DNA of 63,919 nucleotides, filler included. It is 7 parts of 7 records of this genome, joined end to end, with 100 filler letters (N's around TTAATTAATTAA, not from the genome) between each part and the next. Parts side by side here need not be neighbours in the genome. Positions count along the whole stretch, not along the records: positions 40,757 to 53,409 come from SRR31156797_6265; positions 53,510 to 58,816 come from SRR31156797_6266; 5 more parts are not named here. The stretch is one strand, 5' to 3'. The notes beneath the pieces are model-generated. The model was not told the DNA's origin. It made no database searches and saw only the letters and a program-made list of their open reading frames with translations. Position 1 is the first letter of the stretch; the number at the start of each line of letters is the position of its first letter. Below are positions 49,190 to 58,916 of the stretch, piece after piece. Position numbers and translations under genes: made by a program.

Positions 49190-51376
49190 GTGAAAAAACA
49201 AGAGATAAAAGATGAAATACAGAAATATTTAAAAATTTCAAGAGAAAATGTTCACTCTAATCCTCATAAAGCAGTAAAAGCTATAAAAGAAGCAAGAAGA
49301 TTAACGAAAGAATTCGATTATATCAATTGGCAATCTTTTCATTTGCTTAAGCTGAGAGGGTCGAATTATTTAAGTAATGATGAAATGATTAATGATACTT
49401 TTGAGATGTTAGTTAGTGTAATAGAATTTTTTACTAAACTGGACTTGGAAGAGGAGCTTTTGGATAACTATCTTGAGCTTGGAAATTTATATTACGATAC
49501 CAGGGATTTTGAAAAAGCAGCAGAATGTTACTTCAAAGTTCTGCATTTATCTAAGAAGCTTAATTCGGTTTGCTTTCAATTAGCAGCTCTGAATAATTTG
49601 GGGATAATCTATTATGAATTAAACATGTTTAAAAAGGCAGTTGAATATCTTGAGAAAGCAGTAGATCTATTAAGCGGCTGTTCTGAGGATGATAAGTTTA
49701 AGCTTATTTTATTTATTAATTTAAGTGACGCTTATACTCATCTCGGGAGATATAGCTTGGCGATTAAATTTTTAAATGTTGCTGAAGTAATAGTTAAACT
49801 AAATGATATAAAGTATTTTGAAATACCACTTTATTTTTCACTTGCAAAAGCTTTTTCAGGTATGAGTGATTCGGAGAGAGCAGAGCATTATTTTGATATC
49901 TCTTTTGATCTAGAAGAGTTTGATGAGAGGGTTGCATTTCTAAAAAATAATATGCTTGAATTTGCTAGGTATTTGTTTTTACAACAAAAATATGAAGAGA
50001 TCCCTGAAATACTGGACAGAGCACTTGAGATAACCAAAGTGCATGATCTTGCAGCTCATGATATATATCTTTTGTATTCAAAATATTATGAAAAAATGGA
50101 GATGTATAAAAAAGCACTTGAATTTTCTAAAAGAGCTTTTTATTCAGTTAACTGGAGTGAGTTGCAGAGAAACAGCAGATGGATATCTAATATGGAAAAT
50201 CATTATTCAAATTTAATGGGTGGTTATGATCAAGAACTGACTAAGCTTAAAAAACTTGAGCTTAGAAAAAAATCAAAAGCACTTGAAGTTTTTTATACAA
50301 ATATTGCTGCTATTAGCGGAATAGGGCAAAAGATTACTTCTACACTTGACTTGGAATCAGTAATAAAAAAAGTTTATGATAGTATAAATGATCTGATACC
50401 TGCCAAGGTATTTGGAATTGCTCTATATAAAGAGGAACGAGAAGTTCTTGATATGAAAATGTTTCTAAAAGATCAGAAACTTCATGAGTTCAAATCGAAA
50501 GATATTAATGATAAGTTTAGTCTTGGAGCTATATGTGTTAGAGAAAAAAAAGAGATAATAATTAATGATTGGTCTAAAGAATATAAAAAATTCGGTATTC
50601 CTGATGATTCAATAGATCTCTCTACAACAGCAATAAAATCAATACTTTATTTTCCTTTATATTTTAAGGATAAAAAAATTGGAGCATTAACAATTCAGCA
50701 TCATAAAGCTGATTTTTATGATTTTGAAAATATTAATACATGTAGAGCACTTGCTGGTTATGTTGCGATAGCACTTAATAATGCTATGAAATCAAGAGAG
50801 TTACAAGAAGAGATAGAAAAAAGAAAAAAAGTAGAAAAACAACTTCTTAATTTAAATCAAAAATTACAAAATTTATCAGCTAAAGACCCAATGACCTCTC
50901 TATTCAATAGAAGATCATTTAACAGATATTTTAATGATATTTGGAATAAATCAATAACTTCTGAAGAAAAAGTATCACTTATACTAATTGATATTGATAA
51001 ATTTAAGGAATATAATGATAATTACGGTCATTTAATGGGAGATAATTGCATAAAAGAGATATCTCGAGTAATTAAAACAAGTTATAAAAAATATACTAAA
51101 ATCCTTGGTAGATACGGGGGAGATGAGTTTGTAATAGTTTTAAATGGTTTAGATGAAGCAGAAGTGATAGAGATAACAGAAATATTTAGAGAAAATTTGA
51201 GAAAGAAAAAAATAGAACATAAATATTCATCATTAAGTGAATACGTAACTGTAACTATAGGAATTTCAACTATTATTCCTGCAAGATCAAATAATGAATC
51301 GACACTGTTTCATAAAGCAGATGAAGCACTGTACGAAGCTAAAAATGCAGGAAGAAATCAAATTGCAACAAAATAA
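49190..51376 (+). CDS. TPR-GAF-GGDEF diguanylate cyclase
   Basis: N-terminal TPRs; GAF; DPMTSLFNRR, DIDKFKEYNDNYGH..GD, GRYGGDEF, ADEALYEAK.AGRN. Confidence 0.92.
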   Translation: MKKQEIKDEIQKYLKISRENVHSNPHKAVKAIKEARRLTKEFDYINWQSFHLLKLRGSNYLSNDEMINDTFEMLVSVIEFFTKLDLEEELLDNYLELGNLYYDTRDFEKAAECYFKVLHLSKKLNSVCFQLAALNNLGIIYYELNMFKKAVEYLEKAVDLLSGCSEDDKFKLILFINLSDAYTHLGRYSLAIKFLNVAEVIVKLNDIKYFEIPLYFSLAKAFSGMSDSERAEHYFDISFDLEEFDERVAFLKNNMLEFARYLFLQQKYEEIPEILDRALEITKVHDLAAHDIYLLYSKYYEKMEMYKKALEFSKRAFYSVNWSELQRNSRWISNMENHYSNLMGGYDQELTKLKKLELRKKSKALEVFYTNIAAISGIGQKITSTLDLESVIKKVYDSINDLIPAKVFGIALYKEEREVLDMKMFLKDQKLHEFKSKDINDKFSLGAICVREKKEIIINDWSKEYKKFGIPDDSIDLSTTAIKSILYFPLYFKDKKIGALTIQHHKADFYDFENINTCRALAGYVAIALNNAMKSRELQEEIEKRKKVEKQLLNLNQKLQNLSAKDPMTSLFNRRSFNRYFNDIWNKSITSEEKVSLILIDIDKFKEYNDNYGHLMGDNCIKEISRVIKTSYKKYTKILGRYGGDEFVIVLNGLDEAEVIEITEIFRENLRKKKIEHKYSSLSEYVTVTIGISTIIPARSNNESTLFHKADEALYEAKNAGRNQIATK

Positions 51377-51384
51377 GTATTAAA

Positions 51385-51418
51385 GAAGGGTACGTTTGCA
51401 TTTTAAACGCACCCTTTT
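51385..51418. terminator. Bidirectional terminator
   Basis: AAGGGTACGTTT-gcatttt-AAACGCACCCTT between convergent genes. Confidence 0.75.
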
Positions 51419-51432
51419 GTATTGAGTTTATT

Positions 51433-52260
51433 TTATTCATACGCGAGCATAGATATATAATCCACAACTTCGATACTATCTACAACTTCACCGGAATGAC
51501 CTCTCCTTAATATATCGATTGATGGTGAATCAGCACATAACTTGCTATATTCTAGCAGGGTCATAATAGGCGCATATCCGCAAATAGAGAGATTATTCTT
51601 TTTTACTTCCTGTTCAATGTTTTCAGAATTAAATTTTAGAACTTCATTTATAACTATTTGATCAAGTTTATAACCTAAGTCAGCATCAACATAATGTGAA
51701 AAATCAGAGGAAGCGATAATTAAAATATTCTTTTTTAATTTGTTTTTTACTTCGAAAATTCTATTTGCAATAAGTTGAGCATTTTTAAATGTTTGCGCTT
51801 TAATAGTAATAGGAACTATTCTAAACTCATAATCCAAAAAATATTGAAGAAATGGAAGCATAACCTCGCCTGAATGTTCAAACATTTGAGCAGATGTATC
51901 AAGTGGAAGTTCTAATGCTTCGGCAAATTCAATATCTACGTCTACAACTCCTAATGGAGTGCTCCATGCTTTATGATTATCAACTGATATATACTCCCCA
52001 TACCCGGTATGGTTAGGGTTAAGAATAATAATTGTATCATATTTTTTAGCTCTTTTGATTATTTCAAAAAAATGAACAGCTTGGTAGCCCGAGAAAATAT
52101 AACCTGCATGTGGAACAACACCGCCAAATATATTTTTATCAGCTAATTCAGTTTTGATTTTGTTTTTCTCTTTTTGGTAGATTAAATTTATTAAGTGTTT
52201 TATTTCATCTTTATGTGAAGGGTAAAACTTTCCCTGAACGGCGGCATTTCTGATACTCAT
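51433..52260 (-). CDS. amrB: AmmeMemoRadiSam system protein B (Memo family)
   Basis: R.AAVQGKFYP, VPHAGYIFSG, PNH, W.TPLG, EHSGEVMLPFLQ, ASSDFSHY, SICG. Confidence 0.92.
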   Translation of the reverse strand: MSIRNAAVQGKFYPSHKDEIKHLINLIYQKEKNKIKTELADKNIFGGVVPHAGYIFSGYQAVHFFEIIKRAKKYDTIIILNPNHTGYGEYISVDNHKAWSTPLGVVDVDIEFAEALELPLDTSAQMFEHSGEVMLPFLQYFLDYEFRIVPITIKAQTFKNAQLIANRIFEVKNKLKKNILIIASSDFSHYVDADLGYKLDQIVINEVLKFNSENIEQEVKKNNLSICGYAPIMTLLEYSKLCADSPSIDILRRGHSGEVVDSIEVVDYISMLAYE

Positions 52261-52350
52261 ATGACTTCCCCCTTTAGCTTTTAATTCTATATATTTTTTA
52301 AAGTCAAAAAGTTGCAATTTCGAATTGCATTAAAAAATATTTTATATATT

Positions 52351-53370
52351 CTATATATTTGTATATTCATCGATTATATTTCTTTTACCGCAATGAATAC
52401 ACTCCCCTTTTTTATTAACTCCATCTCTATAGATGCTATATCCATGCCTCTCTATAATTTTTGCCCCACAATTTGGGCAGTAAGTATTTTCCCCTATATT
52501 TGCCTGAATATTTCCTAAATAAGCAAATTTTAGAACTTTACTTGCTTCTTTAAAGAATTTAATTAAAGTCTCTTCAGGTGTGGGAGGTTTATTTAATTTA
52601 TAATATGGGAAATATCTATTGATATGAAGCGGTAATTCATCACCAAGGTTTTCTATAATCCAATCAAGCATTTTCCGGAAAATTTCTATATTATCATTTA
52701 ATTCTGGGATTAGTAGAAAATCAATCTCTATATGCTTGTTATGCTGTTTTAATAATTTTAGTGTTTCAAGGACTGGTTGCAGTTTACTCTTGGTTATCTC
52801 TTCATAGAACTCTTCGGTATAAGCTTTCAAATCAATACTGAAAGCATCAATATAAGGAATAAGTTCCAGTAACGGCTCTTTATTAATATAACCGTTAGAA
52901 ACCATAGCTGTTTTAAGATTTAGCTTTTTACACTCTTTTGCAATATCCAGCATATATTCATACCAAATAGTTGGTTCGTTATAAGTAAAAGCTATTCCGA
53001 TACATTCAGGGTATGTTTTCGCTGTTTCAACAAGTTGGGAAATAGGAAAGTTTTTTGCATGTTTGAAATTTTCAATTGAACATTGCGAAATCTCCCAATT
53101 TTGACAGAACTTGCATTTAAGATTACAGCCGACACTTCCAAGGCTTAATATTTTTTTACCTGAAAAAAAATGATAAAGAGGTTTTTTCTCAATGGGATCA
53201 ATATTTAATGCAGAGATAATCTCATAATTTTCTGTATAAAGTGTACCCTCTATATTTTTTCTCACTTTACATATTCCCTGTTTATTATTTTTGATTTCAC
53301 AGTTATGAGGACATAATTGACATTTAACCGTATCATTTTCTGATTTTACCCAATATAGTGCTTTCTTCAT
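52351..53370 (-). CDS. amrS: AmmeMemoRadiSam system radical SAM enzyme
   Basis: C.LCPHNC, DPIEKKPLYHF, GCNLKCKFCQNWEISQ, AFTYNEP, TYCPNCG, C..CG. Confidence 0.95.
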   Translation of the reverse strand: MKKALYWVKSENDTVKCQLCPHNCEIKNNKQGICKVRKNIEGTLYTENYEIISALNIDPIEKKPLYHFFSGKKILSLGSVGCNLKCKFCQNWEISQCSIENFKHAKNFPISQLVETAKTYPECIGIAFTYNEPTIWYEYMLDIAKECKKLNLKTAMVSNGYINKEPLLELIPYIDAFSIDLKAYTEEFYEEITKSKLQPVLETLKLLKQHNKHIEIDFLLIPELNDNIEIFRKMLDWIIENLGDELPLHINRYFPYYKLNKPPTPEETLIKFFKEASKVLKFAYLGNIQANIGENTYCPNCGAKIIERHGYSIYRDGVNKKGECIHCGKRNIIDEYTNI

Positions 53371-53409
53371 AATTAATCACCTTATATATTTTTTTAAGTC
53401 AAAACGATT

Positions 53410-53509
53410 NNNNNNNNNNNNNNNNNNNNNNNNNNNNNNNNNNNNNNNNNNNNTTAATTAATTAANNNNNNNNNNNNNNNNNNNNNNNNNNNNNNNNNNN
53501 NNNNNNNNN
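53410..53509. other. Artificial contig spacer
   Basis: N44-TTAATTAATTAA-N44. Confidence 0.97.
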
Positions 53510-53510
53510 A

Positions 53511-53786
53511 GGACTTGGTTTTATCCAATCCGTCCAACATAGTGCCTAATCCTTCAACACTGCCGGCATTGGTAGCAAAAGGCAGATGTCCCTGAGTGAA
53601 GATCGGAGACACATCAAATATAGCTTCATACGGCGTGATGGATGCATCATCCACCAAATCAGTTTTTACCTGAGAGGCCATTACATCGGTATATAATGAA
53701 CCCGAAACAGGATCTTCTTCATTATCACAGTTGCTAAAAAGAAAAACTCCCAATAGCAGAGTCGAAAGTAATTGTATCTTTTTCAT
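53511..53786 (-). CDS. Lipoprotein with a rhodanese-like domain (3'-truncated)
   Basis: Lipobox-like FSNC; IFDVSP.F.QGHLP.A.N. Confidence 0.6.
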
Positions 53787-53989
53787 GATTAAACGGTTTT
53801 GATTTATTCTATGGTAAAGATCCTGTTATAGTATCACAGAATTATCACAAAAGATTAATAATAACATAACAAAATAAAATGCTTCTGGTTGATAGAATGG
53901 TATTAAGGATAAAATCAGTTGATTAGGAGGGAGTTGGTGTTGGTGTGATGGTGACGGATTACAAAAAGAAGGTTATTGAAGTTGCTATC

Positions 53990-54037
53990 AAAACACAAAA
54001 GAGTTGTAAGTTTTTATAGCAACTCTTTTTGTTTTTT
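53990..54037. terminator. Intrinsic terminator
   Basis: ACAAAAGAGTTG...CAACTCTTTTTGT inverted repeat with T-runs. Confidence 0.7.
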
Positions 54038-54123
54038 GCGGCTTGCTTAATGTCCTGAAAGCATTTTAATGTAGAAGGTACACTATATAATATAACATCA
54101 GCTAGGGGTAGTGTCGATGTATA

Positions 54124-55086
54124 TTATTTGTTCTTAACTCTTTCGCCTTTGATAGGTGAATAATCTTGTTTTAATTCTCCATTCACAATTATGTTGTTGA
54201 AATAGCATTTTGCACCAGTCGCCTTATTCATGTTTTCAACATTTTGAATATGAAAATGCAAATGAGCTTCGGACGAATTACCAGAGTTACCGCAAAGGCC
54301 TAACAATTCTCCTTTTTTTACTTCTTGTCCTGGTTTTACAATGATTGAATTTTGCTTAAAATGAGCAAAGAATAAATATTCATTATTAGCGGTTTTAAGA
54401 ATAACTGTATTGCCTGGGGCATAAATTGGATTTAGTTCGCCTGGTATGTTATCTTTGATTCCATCGACAACCAAAACAACCTCAGCATCACATGGAGCTA
54501 TCAATTCTTTTCCAAAAGTGTAATAATCTTTGTTTATTCTTCCATCCGTTTTAAAGGTCTTTCCATTGGAGTCTGTTATCACAAGGTCATATGCATTTTT
54601 TTGAGCTTCATTATCTATGTGATAATTTAACGCTTTGGTGTCTCCACCCCAAAATACAGTCCACTCACCATTAAAGGGTAAAATCAGTTCAGATATATTT
54701 CTGTCAAGTTTAGGAAGACTATTGTCCTTAAATGGTTTAACAAAAAGTCCATTTATTTTTTCATTGTTGTCAATGGATATATTTACTGCAAATAAAGCTC
54801 TCTGAAAATGTGTTTTATAGGATGCATAAGTATGTTCATATTTTACAAACGTTCTGCTTTTTATATCTCCAGCTTGTTTTTTGAGGCCAAAAATAAAATC
54901 TTTCGTTTTTTCGATGGGTAATGCCTCTTTCATTTCTGGTGAAAACAAATTAAAGATCTTTTGATATTCACCTGAATTGTAATATTTCTCAAATTCATCA
55001 GATATTTTTTTGGAAGCTTCTTTTTCTGTTTGTCCGAAACTCCATATGGGAATTAGAATTAAGAATAGTAGGCTTAGCTTTTTCAT
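54124..55086 (-). CDS. DUF3887-like domain plus M23 family metallopeptidase
   Basis: Signal peptide; NYH...AYD, GNTVIL, FAHF, CGNSGNSSEAHLHFH. Confidence 0.85.
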   Translation of the reverse strand: MKKLSLLFLILIPIWSFGQTEKEASKKISDEFEKYYNSGEYQKIFNLFSPEMKEALPIEKTKDFIFGLKKQAGDIKSRTFVKYEHTYASYKTHFQRALFAVNISIDNNEKINGLFVKPFKDNSLPKLDRNISELILPFNGEWTVFWGGDTKALNYHIDNEAQKNAYDLVITDSNGKTFKTDGRINKDYYTFGKELIAPCDAEVVLVVDGIKDNIPGELNPIYAPGNTVILKTANNEYLFFAHFKQNSIIVKPGQEVKKGELLGLCGNSGNSSEAHLHFHIQNVENMNKATGAKCYFNNIIVNGELKQDYSPIKGERVKNK

Positions 55087-55101
55087 TAGTATTTACTTAT
55101 G

Positions 55102-55800
55102 TTAGTTTTCTTCTTCAGACGAAATAATAGTACTTGAGACAAGTGCAGTAAGTATATCTTGCTTATTTATGATGTACTTAAACTTATTTTCATCTACTAC
55201 AGCTATTTCGTTTTGATTTGTCATTTTCATTTGGGTTAAAACATCAGAAGTTTTTGTATTTGGTTTTACTGATTCGTTTCTAATCCCAGCAAGATAACTT
55301 TTTAGTTCATCATAAAGAAATACTTCACTTTCCCCAACAAGAAGTTGTCCAGAAAAAATACTACTCCCTATCCAACCATCAAATTTTCCATTTTTAGTAA
55401 AAACCACTTGTTTTATACCTAGGGTACTGATATACTTAAGTAACAATTTTCTGTAGTAGGTTTTATTGTCTGTTATTTTTAATATATCTATACTTTTTAT
55501 TTCAGAATTACGCAGTTTCTCTTGTAACTCTCGCAGCATTTGTTCACTTCCTTTTTCAATTACAAACTCGTCTCCTTCAAGAGCCTCAATTGATAAATCC
55601 TCGGGAGCAAAAGTTTTTATTTCAGTATTTTCTACTTTTTCGCCAATCTTTAGCCAACCTGCAATTTCCAGGCTGCGGCCTTCTGTAGCCATTTTATATA
55701 GACCTTCTACCTTACTTTTAAAAACAATAAGAAGTATGATAATGAAAATCGGCCAAATCAGTTTTTCTATTAGAGGAATCCAAGCTTTAAAATTTTCCAT
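55102..55800 (-). CDS. Membrane-anchored hypothetical protein with CBS-like C-terminal domain
   Basis: N-terminal TM (LIWPIFIIILLIVF); DVLTQMK...IAVVDENKFKYII..QDIL CBS-like pattern. Confidence 0.6.
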   Translation of the reverse strand: MENFKAWIPLIEKLIWPIFIIILLIVFKSKVEGLYKMATEGRSLEIAGWLKIGEKVENTEIKTFAPEDLSIEALEGDEFVIEKGSEQMLRELQEKLRNSEIKSIDILKITDNKTYYRKLLLKYISTLGIKQVVFTKNGKFDGWIGSSIFSGQLLVGESEVFLYDELKSYLAGIRNESVKPNTKTSDVLTQMKMTNQNEIAVVDENKFKYIINKQDILTALVSSTIISSEEEN

Positions 55801-55963
55801 AGTTTCAGTTTTTAAATCAACTTAACATTTTAATTTACACTATTGTAATTTTTTATATACTCTATCGAATATACATAATAATTACGCTTGATTTATAAAA
55901 CGTTGTTGTTTAATTATAACTGTAATTATTGAAAGAGAGCTGCTTTATATATATGAATAAACA

Positions 55964-55993
55964 CGACCTAGCGAGACGCTATGCCGAGCTAGG
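55964..55993. repeat. Partial copy (right end) of the ~175-bp hairpin-ended element
   Basis: CGACCTAGCGAGACGCTATGCCGAGCTAGG matches 57611-57640. Confidence 0.85.
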
Positions 55994-56022
55994 TTAGTGC
56001 AGCAGTTGTATTTGTTTTTGAG

Positions 56023-57387
56023 TTAATTCATAATCACTCCTTCTTGAACTACCATAAATATATCTTTCAGGTTAGTAATATCTTCAAGAGGATTCGTATT
56101 GAGTATAACTAAATTGGCCATTTTTGATGGATTGATTGATCCGTGTTTTTCATCTAAATTCAACCATTCTGCAGCATAAAGAGTTGCACCTCTCAACACC
56201 TCAATATTACTAACGCCTGCCTCGTTCATAACAATCATTTCTTGAATAGTTTTTTCTGGATTTATATCGTCCTGGCCTATAAGTAATTTTACTCCATTCT
56301 CCGAAAATTTACGAACAATATAATCGCCTATGGTTACAAAACCATTGTGTAATATTTTATTCTTAAGTAGATTTTCATCATTATTACCATGGTCAACATT
56401 GGCCTCAAATTCCGACAATGTTTGTCTATTTACATTTAGCGTAGGGCAATATACTGCATTCTTCTTTTTTATAAGAACACATAAATCTTTAAGTCTCTCT
56501 TCTGAAACACTTTCAATTCCCAGTTTTGCCAGTTTAAAGGTATATAGTAATTGTTGTCGTGCATCTGCACCTTGTTGAATCAGAGAATCAAGTTCTATAC
56601 GATATTTGTCCTTTAGTATATAGCCCCAGGCTGATAAAGAATGCTCAATAGAATTCGCCCCAAGTTCAATGGCTTTATTTATTGGAACTGGATTAAAAAG
56701 AGGTGGTCCGGGATCATGTACAATTTTTAGGTTGTTTTTTTCAGCTACATCAACAATATGGGGGTACAATTCTAATTTGATATTTCTAAATGTCTTAATC
56801 ATTGTTGCTCCTTTTTCTGCTAAAATGGGTAAAAGTGAATCAACTCCATTTCTTGTATTCAAAGGAACAGTAAATTCGGGAAGTACTTCATTAATATTTT
56901 TCCACAATAAGGGACTGGATTCGAGCATTGGTCCTGTATAGTATATATCTGGACCGGTGAGTTCACCAGATCTTATTTTACTTTTCAACAGTTGCTGTAT
57001 GTCAATAGGACCACCTACATCACGAAAATAAAGTACCCCATTATAAACAAATTCTTTTAATTTATTTTGTAAATCTGTGTTGTTATAAGTGGTTAAATGG
57101 GCACTATGAATATGACTATCGAACAGCCCGGGAATGATATATTTCCCTTTTCCTTCAATAATTTTTGAAGTAGTTGAAATATTAATATTTTTGGAATAGA
57201 CTTTCGAAATACAATTGCTATCTATTGCAATTGTTTGGTTTTGAAGTATTCTCCCTTTTACTACATCAATAATATTTATATTCTGAATAATTAGGTCATG
57301 TTTTATCTGTTGACCATATGCAGCAATGGAAATGTATATTCCAATAGTAAGAACAAAATAGTTTTTCTTGAAGGAAAATAGATTCAT
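56023..57387 (-). CDS. Amidohydrolase family protein
   Basis: Signal peptide; GKYIIPGLFDSHIH, RDVGG, SIEH, PTL, GQD, GSI.PSKMANLVIL..NPL. Confidence 0.9.
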   Translation of the reverse strand: MNLFSFKKNYFVLTIGIYISIAAYGQQIKHDLIIQNINIIDVVKGRILQNQTIAIDSNCISKVYSKNINISTTSKIIEGKGKYIIPGLFDSHIHSAHLTTYNNTDLQNKLKEFVYNGVLYFRDVGGPIDIQQLLKSKIRSGELTGPDIYYTGPMLESSPLLWKNINEVLPEFTVPLNTRNGVDSLLPILAEKGATMIKTFRNIKLELYPHIVDVAEKNNLKIVHDPGPPLFNPVPINKAIELGANSIEHSLSAWGYILKDKYRIELDSLIQQGADARQQLLYTFKLAKLGIESVSEERLKDLCVLIKKKNAVYCPTLNVNRQTLSEFEANVDHGNNDENLLKNKILHNGFVTIGDYIVRKFSENGVKLLIGQDDINPEKTIQEMIVMNEAGVSNIEVLRGATLYAAEWLNLDEKHGSINPSKMANLVILNTNPLEDITNLKDIFMVVQEGVIMN

Positions 57388-57469
57388 ATGGGTGTTCTTA
57401 AATTTTCGTTAACATGTAAAATTAAGAATATAAGTCTTTATTGTTTACCGTATCTGCAATTGTATTTAT

Positions 57470-57642
57470 CTCTCGCTTAGCGAAGCGTTTCGTTGCTTTA
57501 TTCAGGCCTCAAGCCTATTAAATACAAAAAAAGTACTGCAAATTTTAAACTGAAGTACATTGTTATTAGCTCTTTGAAGTATCACATACGGCAAGATGCC
57601 GTGCGTAATGCGACATAGCGAGACGCTATGCCGAGCGAGGGG
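57470..57642. repeat. REPIN/MITE-like element, copy A
   Basis: Colinear with 58242-58420; hairpin-containing inverted ends (left hairpin has a 5-nt deletion). Confidence 0.9.
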
Positions 57643-57730
57643 TAAGCGTATATGAGCAGAGAGCAAACTGCCAGAAAAGCTCTCTAGTTAAATATTTATT
57701 GCACGATTTATAAAAAGAGCATGAGTGTTT

Positions 57731-58216
57731 CTAGTTAAAATCAGATTCAAGTATAGTAAATTGAACTATACCATCATCAGTATTATTAATTAACCAGCTT
57801 TCCCATGAACTGTAATTATAAAAATGATGTGTATCACCTTTTTCCTCTGCTGGGCCTGTCCAATCAACCCTAAGTTCATCGTCAGAATAAACTCTTATTC
57901 GTTCTTCAAACGTATTATGTCCCTCTTTAAATAAAACATCTGTTATCACATTTTGATTTTTGAAAACTTTAAGACCTTTGTAGTCTGTCGAAGAATTTGA
58001 GTTAATAATAATTGTATCTGTTATTGGTAAATTGCCTAAAACAACAGATATTTTCATTTCAGTATCATTTTTAATTCTAACAATATACCAATAATCACCT
58101 GTCTTATCCCAATCAAATAAGCCACATCCATATGCAATTGATACTATAATTAAAAATGTAAATAATTTCCTATGGCCAATCGCTAAATCGCGAATATGCG
58201 TAATCAACTTTTTCAT
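57731..58216 (-). CDS. Hypothetical lipoprotein
   Basis: Hydrophobic stretch ending AYGC. Confidence 0.65.
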   Translation of the reverse strand: MKKLITHIRDLAIGHRKLFTFLIIVSIAYGCGLFDWDKTGDYWYIVRIKNDTEMKISVVLGNLPITDTIIINSNSSTDYKGLKVFKNQNVITDVLFKEGHNTFEERIRVYSDDELRVDWTGPAEEKGDTHHFYNYSSWESWLINNTDDGIVQFTILESDFN

Positions 58217-58241
58217 CGTAATCTGTTTTTGTTTTTAATTT

Positions 58242-58420
58242 CCCCGCTCAGCGAAGCGTCTCGCTTCGTTGCTTATATTCAGGCCTATGGCCTATTAAGT
58301 ACAAAAAAATAGTACTGCAAATTTTAAACTGAAGTACTTTCTGATTCGCTCTTTGATACAATACATACGGCATGATGCCGTGCGTAATACGACATAGCGA
58401 AACACTATGCCGAGCCAGGG
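58242..58420. repeat. REPIN/MITE-like element, copy B
   Basis: CCCCGCTCAGCGAAGCGTCTCGCTTCGTTG...CGACATAGCGAAACACTATGCCGAGCCAGGG. Confidence 0.9.
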
Positions 58421-58448
58421 TTTATTCTGTAATTAATTTTGCAAATTT

Positions 58449-58814
58449 TTAAAGTTGCTCAATGTCAGATGAGTTATTTTGTTTTGCAATATCAATATGG
58501 GCTTGTAAATTCCAGCCAATTGACTTAGCGCCATTGGCAATTAAATTATTTAATTCTTTTTTACCTTCTTCTTGCCATTTGCTATAATGCGCATACCTAT
58601 AAAACCATAATTCTGCCAAGATACCCAACTCATTATCTTTTGCTAATAGAAAAGACTTGTCAATATATTTTTCAGCATTTTCAAAATCTTGTTTAGAGAT
58701 TATTAAGTAGTGAGCATAGTTACCAATAGCGTTCGCACTATTGGGGTCTAACTCAATTGCTTTTTCGAAATGCTCTTCAGCTTTCTCATAATCCTTTTTT
58801 ATGTCGTTCAAAAA
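58449..58814 (-). CDS. TPR-repeat protein C-terminus (5'-truncated)
   Basis: KDYEKAEEHFEKAIELDPNSANAIGNYA; ELWFYRYAH...SIGWNL tail. Confidence 0.8.
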   Translation of the reverse strand, partial: FLNDIKKDYEKAEEHFEKAIELDPNSANAIGNYAHYLIISKQDFENAEKYIDKSFLLAKDNELGILAELWFYRYAHYSKWQEEGKKELNNLIANGAKSIGWNLQAHIDIAKQNNSSDIEQL

Positions 58815-58816
58815 GA

Positions 58817-58916
58817 NNNNNNNNNNNNNNNNNNNNNNNNNNNNNNNNNNNNNNNNNNNNTTAATTAATTAANNNNNNNNNNNNNNNNNNNNNNNNNNNN
58901 NNNNNNNNNNNNNNNN
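58817..58916. other. Artificial contig spacer
   Basis: N44-TTAATTAATTAA-N44. Confidence 0.97.

Noticed and set aside
55964-58420. Segment 6 repeats considered as CRISPR repeats or canonical integron attC sites
   Set aside because: The units are ~175 bp and separated by whole genes; no cas or intI gene, and no R''/R' GTTRRRY boxes at the ends.
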